Shown piece by piece: positions 49,929-61,312 of a DNA stretch of 64,000 bases. The translations under genes were made by a program, and so were the position numbers. Position 1 is the stretch's first letter, and each line of letters opens with the position of its first letter. The notes beneath the pieces are model-generated. The model worked only from the letters and a program-made list of their open reading frames with translations. It made no database searches and was not told where the DNA came from. The stretch comes from Chiloscyllium plagiosum. Its lineage: Eukaryota. The stretch spans positions 8,487,180 through 8,551,179 of the forward strand of contig NC_057752.1 in the NCBI RefSeq assembly GCF_004010195.1, given 5' to 3'.

Positions 49929-52900
49929 AAGATGGTGGCAATCTAACAGGCCTGCCTTGCTGAGCTCTGCACAATAACACAGACGAAGTGGTGCTTTTAC
50001 CCTCCCCATCTAAGCTATTTTGAAGAAAATTGATAGTTTAATATCAGTAGAATTGCTACATACCTTTTCGTTTTAGTAAGGGAAGATGACTAGAGACAAA
50101 GGACCAAATAAATTGCAACAGGCAGGACATTCTCCTGCAGCATCGGTCATGAATCCCAATGGACTCACCTACTCAACAAGGCATGGCTGCAGTGTTTGTG
50201 AAACTCTGAGGCATCGATTGGAGAGAATTGCACCAGGCTGCAACTGATCTTGGCCATGCTGCAGAAGCATGAGCAGGAGCTACAGAGTCTCGGGAAGTGA
50301 GTGGAGGAGGTCAAGCAGTGGACCACGACATCAGAGACAGTGGTCAAGTCCTCGGCAGGATGTATCCAGGCCCTGGAGAAGCAGGTATGGGCCTCGGTAG
50401 AACAGGTCAACAACCTCAAGAATAGAGGTCGAAGAAAAAACATCTGGGTGGTGGAGCGAGAGGAAGATGCGCAGCCAGCCAATCTCTTTGAACGATGGCT
50501 GCTGTGATTTCTGGGTTGGGAGGCCAAGGCAGGCTAGGTGCAGATTGAGAGAGCTCACTAAGTGGCGGTGCACAGGCCCAGTTCGGACCAGCGCCCCCGC
50601 CCAGTCCTGTGCGATTCCAGTCCTATAGGGAAAAATAAAAGGTAATGGAAGCCTCCAGATCGCAGGGAAATGATCCACAGGCTCCAATTTATAAGGGATC
50701 AAAGATTATTTTTTAGGACTTTTCTGCAGCCATGATCCGCAAGAGATTCTTTGCTGAGATGTAGAAGAGATTTAGGGATCTGGATATTCAATATTACATA
50801 AGGTACCTGGCGGTATTCCCTTTTAACCACGAAGGGTCCGTGCATGTGTTTGACTCCTCAGGAAAAGCAAAGAACTTTCTGGACACTTTGAAATAGGCTG
50901 GATGGTCCAAAGAACATGGACAATAATGACTCTCCTTTCTTTTACCTTTTTTTTTCTCTTCCTCGTGTACTTCTCCTTTTCCTTTATTATTTTATTACAG
51001 AAAATGTTGTTGCTTTGTTTCTTCCTAGTGACAATTGAGTTCAATGTAGGGTTGGGGATGTGTGAAGTGCCCACTTTTGATTCCTTTGTCCACATTATCT
51101 ATTTCTTTTATTCTTCACCTGAGTTTGGGGCATGGCTCAAGCTATAAGGAGTTATGGAAGTGTATGCGGGTAGTGTAAGTGCCCCCTGTGGGCAGGGGGA
51201 TAGAGTCTCCCATCAAGTGTTTTTTGTATGTTGTAATTGGTTTAGTTTGTTGGTTTCTAGTAGAGGTAGCTTTTGAAAGTTTTGTTAACATAGACTTAGT
51301 GTTAACTTGGTTTTAGTTTTTTGTAGTTTTTTTAGACTTCGTGAGTCTCCATTTATTTACACTTGGCTCATTGTGAGTAGGGTTCTTCCTCTTGGGATTT
51401 CAAGGGTTGTTATAGAGGGATATGGCTAAGTGTCTCCTTAAATGGTGTACCTGGATTATTAAGGGGAGTCACTCGCTGGCCAAGAGAAAAAAAACCTACT
51501 TCCGAGTCTCAGGAAGAAGAGGGTTGATATTACCCTGCTGCAAGAAACCCATCTTGATAATAAGGAGCACCTAAAGTTACAGCAGGGTGGGTTTGATCAA
51601 GTGTTTTTTTCATTCTTTAACACTAAAAGCAGGGGAAAGGCCATGCTTGTCCAGAAGAGTCTCTCTTTTAAGTTATAAGATCAAGTTAAAGATGAATATG
51701 GACGGTTTGTAATCCTTAAAGCTTTAATACATGGTGAAAATGTATGGATTCCTAAATGTTTACTGTCTCCCGGCACACCCCCTCAAATTCCTGATTGATG
51801 CACTTTCTAAGTTGATTGCCCTTGAAACACGACACACTATCATAGGGGGAGATTTTAATTGCCTCATGGACCCCACAGTGGACAGAATGCCCAAAGGTCC
51901 CCCAAATATCTCTCCACAATCCAAGCAACTGGTTGACTTATGCATGGAATTGGGACTGGTGGACGTTTGGAGATGTGTCTACCCCATGGGTAGGGACTTT
52001 ACCTTTTTCTCTAATCCGCACAAGTGTCATACCAGGATTGACTTTTTTTTTTAGCTCCCTCAGGCTTTCTGGATTCGGTGAGGTCTTGTAAAATTGGAAA
52101 CATTGCCATTTCTGATCATGCAGCAATGTGTTTGGAGATTGAGATTAAGGGCAACGGAACGGGGGATCCAAGATGGTGGCGACCTAGCAAGTCTGAGTCT
52201 ATAGTGCTCCTCTCAAGACGTGGGCAAAGTAGGCCACCCTCCTCCTCCACACTCACCAAATCACTTAAAATAGTTTTCACTTAATGTAATTAGTTGCTCA
52301 GTACTGAATTTAAACAATCTAATCTCCTGTAAAAATGACTGAAGGGAAGGGAGCCCGCAGTTCTCAGCAGGAAGGAACCCCTCCCCCACCCTCCCCAGCT
52401 GCAGCAGAGACGTCCGCAGCCGCCCCGGGGGACTTACCTACGGTGGCGAGCCTCGTGGAAATAATCTCTAAACGCGATGCGAAGATCGACGCCTTCATTG
52501 AAGAGTCCCGGAGCCGATGGAATTCACTCTCGGCCGCGCTACAAAAGCACGACCGAGACATCGAGGAAATCAAGCACCGAGTTGGAGGGGTGGAGCTAAA
52601 GGCCGTGACGTCCGAGAGTATAGCAGAATCAGCCGTGGATCGGGTCTGGACTCTCGAACAGCGAGTTCGGACCTTGGAAAATCACATCGACGACCTCGAG
52701 AATCAAGGTCGTTGAAAAAATATTCGTTTGGTGGGCCTTTCTGCACGGGAAGAGGAAGGCCAGCTTACAGCGTTTCTCGAACAGTGGCTTCCACAGCTTT
52801 TAAATCTGGAGGCTGGATCAGGCCAGGTAAAGGTGGAATGGGCCTACCGGGTTGCAATATGCGGGCTCGGCTCGAACCAGCGCCCCCGCCCGGTCCTGTT

Positions 52901-55900
52901 CTGGCTGCAGAGCTATAAGGAGAGGCAGATACTCCTAGAAGTCTCCAGAAATCTTGGAAAAGATCCCCAAGCCATGATTTATAAAGGATCCAAGATTATG
53001 TTATTCCAGGACTTTTCCCCAGCTCTGGTCCGAAAGAGGAAGGCGTTTGACGAAGCGAAGAAGTGTTTAAGAGACTTAAATATTCAGTACTCCTTGCACT
53101 ACCCAGCAATGCTACGCTTTAGCCATGAAGGGTCCATGTATAACTTCGGATCGCTGGAGAAGGCCAAGGAATTTTTGGACTCTCTTAGATAAATTATAAG
53201 AGTTAATTGATGTTGTTTTGCTCTCCCTCCACCCCAGTTTACACCCCCTTTTTTAAAAAAACTAATCCCTTTCATTACCTTACTGTTTAATATTATCTTC
53301 AGGGGGTGGGGAGAGAGGTTTATTTATTTGTTCTCTACTTAGCGATTTTCTTCCCTTTTTTTATATATATATATATAGCCCGGGGGGTCTAGTTAATGTA
53401 GGTGGGGGGAGGTGGTTACCTTATCCTATTTTATCTCTGTCTATAGGAGCGGGGTTGTTTTCCCCTGTTATTTTGTATTACTATATTTAATTATTACTTG
53501 TTGAGACTGGAGAGGAATATGGAATCTTAAATCTGTATTGTCCCCCAGCACATCCTTTTAAATTTATAACGGAAGCCTTACCAAAATTGATGGCTCTCGG
53601 TGCTCGTCATACAATTATAGGGGGAGATTTTAATTTTATTATGGATCTGGAAATAGATAGGATTCCCAAGAGTACTGCAGGAGTATCTCCCAGATCTAGA
53701 CAATTGGTGGATTTGAACAAAGAATTAGGACTAGTAGATGTATGGAGATGTCTTCATCCACAGGGCAGAGATTTTTCTTTTTACTCCAATCCACATAAAT
53801 GTCATACCAGAATCTATATGTTTTTTGACCCCCGATTTTTTAAAATTCCATATTATCCTGTAAAATAGGCAGTATAACAATTTCTGATCACGCTGCTGTA
53901 TATATGGAAATCAAGGCGAGGAACAATGAGACATCCCCCCGGTGTTGGTGTATGCATCCCTTCCTGATGAAAGATAGTAAATTTATAAAGTATTTCTCTC
54001 AAGAATTTAAAACTTTTTTAGAAATTAATTCAGATATGGCTAGCAACCCATCAATGATGTGGGAGACCATCAAAGCTTATGCACGAGGTTTGATCATTTC
54101 ATTCTCAGCGACCCTGAAAAAATTAAAGGGAGAACAACAGCGTCTGCTCGAAGCTCGTTTAAAAGCGGCTGAAACAGCATACGCTGATAGACCTATTATT
54201 AAATTACAAAGGATTACGGCCCTTAGGACAGCTCTAAACACCACGCTTACCCAAACGGCTAAGAGGGAAATATTATTTGCAAAACAAAGGTTATATGAAT
54301 TTGGCGATAAACCTGGTAGATACTTAGCATTTCTCGCAAAGAAAGAAAAAGGCTCCTCAAACTATTACGTCTATCAAGGAAAGTACGGGTATTTTGACTC
54401 ATGATCATAAAAGGATTAATGCAATCTTTAGAAAATTTTATTCTGATTTATATAAATTGCAGGATTGCGAAGACAGAGCAAGGAGGATGCAGTCATTTTT
54501 TAAAAACCTGACCTTTCCGGACCTAACTCCGGAACAGGTATCGGTCCTGAATGTTCCCCTAACAATCCAAGAAATACTTGACGCAATCAGGCAACTTCAG
54601 AGCGGTAAGGCACCTGGCCCAGATGGCTTTCAAGCTGAATTCTATAAAGAATTTACAGGAATATTAGCTGGTCCACTTATGGACATGTAAAACTACTCAT
54701 ACAGTCAGGGCTGTCTCCCGCCTTCGCTGAAAGAGGCGAATATCTCTCTTATTCTCAAAAAAGAAAAGGACCCAGAAGATTGCGTGTCATACAGACCAAT
54801 ATCCTTGCTAAATGTAGATTTTTAAATCCTTTCTAAAACGTTAGCATTGAGACTAGAAAGGGTACTGCCACACATCATAAAGGAGGATCAGACAGGATTT
54901 ATTAAGGGCCGTAGATCATCCAATAATGTTAGAAGGGTTTTGAATGTGATTCAAGCCTGCCATCAGGGAAAGATACCTGGAGTAGTAGTCTCATTAGACG
55001 TGGAAAAGATATTCGACAGGGTTGAACGGTCATATCTGTTTTACACATTGGAAAGGTTTGGCGTTGGAAAGGTGTTTACCAAATGGGTCTCAACATTGTA
55101 TAGTGATCCCAAAGCAGTTGTGGTTACCAATGGATTAGGTTTGGATAGCTTCAGTGTGGGTAGGGGCTGCCGTCAGGGATGTCCTCTCTCGCCATTGTTA
55201 TTTACGCTAATAATTGAGCCACAAGCAGAAGCTATACGGGCTGATCCTAATATAATGGTCCCGAGGATTGGTACAGTTAAACATAAAATTACCCTTTATG
55301 CAGATGATGTTCTCTATTCCTCAGTAATCCTCTGATGTCCGTACCTCGCTTAATCCAAGTTATTAATACATTTAGCGCATTCTCAGGCTATAAAATACAT
55401 TTCTCAAAATCAGAGCCTATGCCAATGGGTGGCCTTGCTATGATACCCCGCTTAGTGAACAGATCCCATTTTGCCTTTCATTGGTCCCTGGAGGGTTTCT
55501 TATATTTAGGCATTTTTATTACCCCAGTAGCACTCTACATTCTCTATCTGATGTATAAAGACTTCTAATAACGTAGTCTTCTTCTGTATGTAATCTCGAA
55601 TTTGGAGGTATCGAAAGAGATCACCATTAGGTAATCCAAATTTCTGATGCGGCTGTTCAAAAGATATCAGGACCCCTTTAAACAGATCCCCTTGGAACAG
55701 GTGTCTCTTCTTAACACTCCCTTGACAAGAGATACAGGAGGCAGTAAGACAGTTCCAAAGGGGTAAGATGTCCGGCCCTGATGGTCTCCCAAGTGAATTC
55801 TACAAAGATTTATAAATATCCTGTCAGGGCCGATGCTGGACATGTACAACTATTCGTACAGTCATGACTGCCTCCCGCCATCCCTGAGAGAGGTGAACAT

Positions 55901-58466
55901 CTCTCTCATTCTCAAGGAAGGGAAGACCCCGGAGGACTATGCTTCATACAGACCTACCTTGCGGATAAATTCGAACTTTAAAATTTTATCCAAGACACTT
56001 GTGTTGAGATTGGAGAAGGTGTTGTCTATATTGTAAAGGAGGATCAGATGGGTTTTAAAAAGAGCCGTAGGTCCTCCAATAATATTTGAAGATTACTGAA
56101 TATAGTCCAAGTGTGTCAGCAACAATTGGTCCAGGGTTTGGTGATCTCTTTAGAGGCAGAGAAGGCACTTGATTGGGTGGAGTGGCCATATCTTTTTTAT
56201 TCTTTGGAACAGTTTGGTCTAAGTAAGGTTTTTGTCAGATGGGTGGAGGTCCTGTATAGTGACCCTCTGGCTGCGGTTCTCACCAGTGGTGTAAGATCCA
56301 GTAATTTTGGTACTGGTAGGGACAGTCGGCAAAGTTGTCCCCTCTTACCGCTACTGTTTACATTGGTGATAGAGCCGCTGGCAGGGGTGATCTGTAAGGA
56401 CCCTAACATAGCTGCCCCAGAAGTGGGATCAAGGGCACATAAAATTACATGCAGATGATGTTTTCCTCTTCTTATCAAACCTGGCAGTTTCTGTACCCCA
56501 TTTAATACAACATATTAATTTATTTGGCTCTTTTTTTGGGATATAAGATCAATTTTGCAAAGTCGGAGACTATGCGCGTGGGGGGTCTTAAGGGAATACC
56601 TGATATTAAAGGTGGATCATGATTCCCCATTAAATGGTTGCGGGGGGTTTCCTTTATTTAGGTATTTTTGTTATTCCCACCTTTGATTGGTTATTTAAGG
56701 CTAACTTTGCTCACTTGCTTGACAAGATTAGACAAGACCTTCAAAGTTGGGAGGCCCTTCCAATCTCCTCATTAGTTCGAATAGCTCTGATCAAAATGAA
56801 TGTCCTTCCTCATTTGTTGCATCCCATGCGAATGCTCCCTCTGATGTTTCCCAGGCAAATGTTGTGGAGACTCACTGGTTAGCTTAGTTCTTTTATTTGG
56901 TGCCACAAGCGGTCCCTCGTAAGCTTGCCAAATTGCAGTTACCCCAAGGGTTGGGGGGAGTAGACTTTTCAGATATTAAGAGATACCAACTAAGCTCCCT
57001 TCTCTCCTTTGTGAGTAACTGGGCTTGTGAAGACCGAAGATAATATGGTTGGATATTGAGGCCTCTCAGGCAAAGTGCCCCCTGTTGTTCATGGATAAGG
57101 TGAGGACAGTTATGGAATACTGTCAGAATCCAATCATTATTAATACAGTCAAAGCATGGACAGCAATGCGACAGAGTGAAGGCTGTTTATCTGAAACCTC
57201 CTTTCTCACCCTATAGTTGGCATGCCGGGATTCCAGCCAGGGATGATGGACCCTGGATTCAAAACTGTGGGCAACTAGGGGAGTCTCCTGTTTAGGAGAC
57301 CTGTTTGGGGGGGGGGGGGGGGGGAGGGTGTGAGGTCATGATGTCCTTCAACCAAATGAGTCACGATTATGGATTGCCCAGCAGGGATCTTTTTCGTTAC
57401 TTTCAGGTTAGGGACATTATCCAAAACAAATTACACTTTTGACCAACCCCTATAGGTCTGACACAGAGAGGAGAGTGCTTCATGCCGCAAGCACTCACTC
57501 GGTTAGTACTCTTTACTACCTATTGGGGTGCGGTGCCTCGAATGACATTGAGCAACTATGTGAGGTCTGGGAGCAAGAGTTGGGAGTGGAGATCCCCTCA
57601 GTGACATGGGAGGACATTTGGGAAACGTGAGAAAGATCTCGATCTGTAACAGGACACATGCTATGCAGTTGAAGGTTCTTCCTAAGGTTCATTAGGCCCC
57701 AGATCGTCTTGCGAAATTCAAAAAGGGAGCATCTCATTAATGTGCCCCAAGTGTAAAATAAGCATAGGTACCCTCATTTATTGTTTGTGGTCATGCCACA
57801 AGCTTCATAGGTACTGGAGCGCTGTGGCAGAAGTAATAGAGGGGGTGTTGGGAACCGAAATTAAGGTAGACCCAGTCTCTCTTCTATTGAGTCTGCTGAA
57901 TTTATTTTCCTTAGGCGTACATGGGAAAAAGCTATTTAATATTCTCACTTACTGTGTGAGGAAGAACATTCTGATGTGCTGGGTGTCTGAGAACCCTCCA
58001 GGCCTGTTAGGGTGGCGTAAGTTAATTATGGAACACATCTCTTTGGATTTCCTCACAGACAGGGTGCACCATAAAACAGAACTTTTTTATAAGACATGGC
58101 AGACCTTTTTGAATTATCTGGAAGCAGACTTGTTTGCCATTTTAATTAGGGCATTTGTTTAGACAAGATTATTAGGTTTAGTGAGCTTTGTGCCCTGGGA
58201 TGAAGAATCCCGGATAAATATGGGTGTAATAATTAATGCTCCTGAAGGTTGGGAGCTTTGGTGTGGTTGCGTTGAGTGGCGATATTTATGTATGTATTTA
58301 TTTACTTATTCATTGATTTGTAGTGAGTGTAGTTTTGATTTGTTTCGTAGAGCAGGATAGTAGTTAGTTCATTGTCATTGTTGTTACAATTTTAAATTAT
58401 TATATTTTTGTAATTTTATAATTTTGTAAAGAGAAAAATTCTCAATAAAAATACTTTTAAAAGAAA
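49929..58466 (+). mobile_element. Degraded L1 (copy B), inserted in a short SINE-like repeat and interrupted by L1 copy C
   Basis: 5' motif aagatggtggc as in copies A and C; ORF1 remnant 50.1-50.9 kb; ORF2 at 51.4-52.16 kb and 55.69-58.16 kb; AATAAA and A-tail at ~58445-58466. The host repeat resumes with ...ataccactacgccatcacctccc. Confidence 0.85.
52161..55527 (+). mobile_element. L1 (copy C, different subfamily): 5' UTR, ORF1 and partial ORF2
   Basis: 5' gggggatccaagatggtggcg; ORF1 at 52335-53192; RT motifs GCRQGCPLSPLLF and LYADDV. Confidence 0.85.
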
Positions 58467-60516
58467 AGTCCAATAAAAATACCACTACGCCATCACCTCC
58501 CCTTAAGCTATGGCCTGTCTATGCGACCATTTCTAAGGCAGACCCCTTTTTTAGGGGTTGATGCAAAGGTTCCAGGATGGATGTAAGGTTATGTGTGAAC
58601 CTTCCATGATAATTTACCAGCCCAAGAAATTACCTAAGCTCCTGGACAAACATGGGAGCCAGGCACCTTTGATTGCCCTCTCTTTATCTTCCAATGAGTG
58701 TACGCAGGATTGTCAAACCTGGAGCCCAAGCAGGTCACTTGGGGTGCCTGGAACACACATTTCTTCCCTTCTTAGGCGTACGCCTGTCTTAGAAAAATTC
58801 ATAGGCATATATTCAAGTTCTCTAAGTGTTCTTTATCAGTCTTCTCGGTTATCAGGACGTCATCTTGATTGGTTCTGATTTTGATATTGCTAAGCAATTT
58901 AACAGTTCCAAATTATACGTAGGTGGACTTTTCAGGGTACGAACTCTCCTGGATATTGGCCTCTTACTCTACTTAGGTCCAGTAGGACTCTTTTGCTTTC
59001 TAGAGTCCACTTACTAGCAGCAACTAGAATGGCTTGCCAGCCTGGTTCCTGAAGAAACTTTTAACTGTTTGGCCGAGGCTTGGTTTTGATTTGGGGTTTT
59101 GCTGTGGACTGACCGAGGGTCCCTCTGTTCAGGTTATGTTCCTGAGTGAGGCTGTGCAATTGCCTTTTCTCAAGTGGTGTTCCCCAAGCTCAGTTGGAAT
59201 GGTGTGGATGTCCACTTCCACCAGAATACCCTGCAACTCATATGCTCCACTTGCCACATTTTCCAATATTAAAGCCAGTTATAGTGCCTGTTTGAAATCC
59301 AGTTGGACTTCAGCTAGCAGGTGTTTCTGCATGGTTACATCATTAATCTCGCACACCAGAGTGTCTCTCAGCATCTTATTGAGGGTTAAACCAAATTCAC
59401 AGTTTTCTGCCAGTCATCTTAACTGAGTGAAAAACACCCCTTTTTCCATTTCAATCAAAAAAACATAAATCAAAAATACATTGTCTGTAACTCAGCCATT
59501 ACACCACAAATAATCCAGTTTGCAAGATGCTTTGAGATATAACAAAAAATAAAAATATTTACAAAATAAACCTGTTCAAAACAGTTCAAACTACACAACT
59601 GACAGCATCTATTGCAATCCCACCCATTATATCTCCCCCCAGGTAGTACTTGCTGAACTGCTGCAGCTTTAATCAAGAGACTTCACACTAATTTGCAAAT
59701 AATGTATTACCTCATTATTCCTTTTCCCTTTTAAGTGAGCATTCCATTGTTGAAAAATTTTAAACTACTTTCCCTTCCCTGCAGCATCTCTCTCTCCCCT
59801 TTCAGACCTTTTCCACCCATTGCAGACCCACCTCATTCCTACTCATGCTCCTCTCCACTCTCTACTCCTCACCATCACCCAATTGCATGGTCTTGCTTCC
59901 CAATCCCCCATTCCTCCCCACTGAAAGCTGTCACTCGCCCCACTCCTCCAATTACAGGTTGGTTCTCTCCTTTGTTTCCCAGGTTTACTGATAAAACTGT
60001 CAGAAGGAAATGTATACCCATGACTGGAGAAACAGTTTGAACTAACTCCACAGGGGCCAGTACCCTGTAACCCTTATTTACATGTAGAGAGTCCTTGACT
60101 CTGATCCAGCTCCCTCAGAGCCAGTTCTCAGAGTGAGCAGGATGTCTGACTCCCCTGTTCTCCATCTGTCAGTGTGATGAAGGTGTAGAAGTGTAGTGTA
60201 CCTTTAAGAAAGTTGAAGGACTTAGAGAAGCACACAGAGTGCTGGAGAATTTACAATGTAACTTTTGTTTCAGAACAGCTAGCACTGAACCAAAAGTTAC
60301 ATTTTAAATTCTCCAGCACTCTGTGTGCTTCTCTAAGTCCTTCAACTCTCTTAAAGATACAGTACACTTCTACACCTTCATAACACCTTCCCCCCCTTAA
60401 GAAAAAAATGAATCATCATAATGAAAATATGGCTTCATTTCTTTTCTATTCTTTAAGAACATTAACCTAACATACAGATAACTTTAATCTACGTTCACCT
60501 TAACTTCCTCCCATGT

Positions 60517-60519
<3 letters not shown>

Positions 60520-60551
<32 letters not shown>
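60520..60551. repeat. (TA)n microsatellite
   Basis: Direct inspection. Confidence 0.95.
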
Positions 60552-60556
<5 letters not shown>

Positions 60557-60858
60557 CATTAAATAAATACAAATCTCATCTAAACTTTATCAGTTAAATC
60601 CGCGATAATGCATCTGCGATTATATTCTTGCAACATGTACGATTTTTAAATTAAAAGTCTGTAACATAAGACTCCAACGAAATAATCTCATATTCTTGTC
60701 TTTAAAGTGTTCTAAGAATGTAAGAGGATTGTGATCCGTATACACAACCACCTCCGACACATTGTTCGTGACGTACACATTAAAATGTTGTAAGACCAGT
60801 ACCAAACTCAATAGTTCTTTCTCGAGCATGGAGTATTTCCTCTGGTGGATGTTGAGTT

Positions 60859-61312
60859 TAGGAAGTTTTACGAACCTGGTTGCTGTGTTTCTTGGTGAGT
60901 CCAACACAAAACAGGTGAAGCAAGTATTTTGACATCAATGTGGGCTTCAATCATGGTCTGCCATCTTTTAACCATACAGCACATCTTATCATGTGTTACG
61001 TCCATGCCATGGAAGTTGGTCAGACAGTTTTTGCCCTGAACGTCCTCCACGATAAACTTAAATTTGTGGAAGGTCACTTCATCGTTCTGCAAATCAGCTC
61101 AAACACATGGCCTTTTAAGCCTTCTGAGGCAATTTTAGTTCCCTGAGTCCCTGTAACCAAGGTCTTGCCCAGATTCTTAATGTCAAACATCGCTGGAGCC
61201 TTAACATCGTACCAATCCTTCTTGGAGAAGGGGTCCATGATCTTCTTCTTAGCACCCTTTTTGCCTCCCTTGATCAGCCTCTTGTTTTTACCGACTGCCA
61301 TGTTGCTCGCGG
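60859..61312 (-). pseudogene. RPS3A: Processed (intronless) 40S ribosomal protein S3a retrocopy, 3'-truncated, with two small frameshifting deletions
   Basis: [34 protein letters not shown]...[11 protein letters not shown]...WQTMIEAH...[21 protein letters not shown] at 61301-61299; no introns and no poly(A). Confidence 0.95.

Larger units (their letters stand above)
37881..59430 (-). mobile_element. Fragmented Gypsy element (segments ~37881-38518, 48164-49770, 58503-59430) hosting nested insertions
   Basis: Integrase (LIMGRQLCTRLSL; MKMLMRSYVLWPGLDADI...CPDCQ), RNase H (HIEKEGLVVVFGVRKFHRYLY) and a gag-like remnant at ~59250-59430; similar to 8992-11890. Confidence 0.75.

Noticed and set aside
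60859..61312. Functional RPS3A gene nested in the intron
   Set aside because: Intronless, with two frameshifting deletions, missing the C-terminal ~40%, and embedded in LTR sequence.
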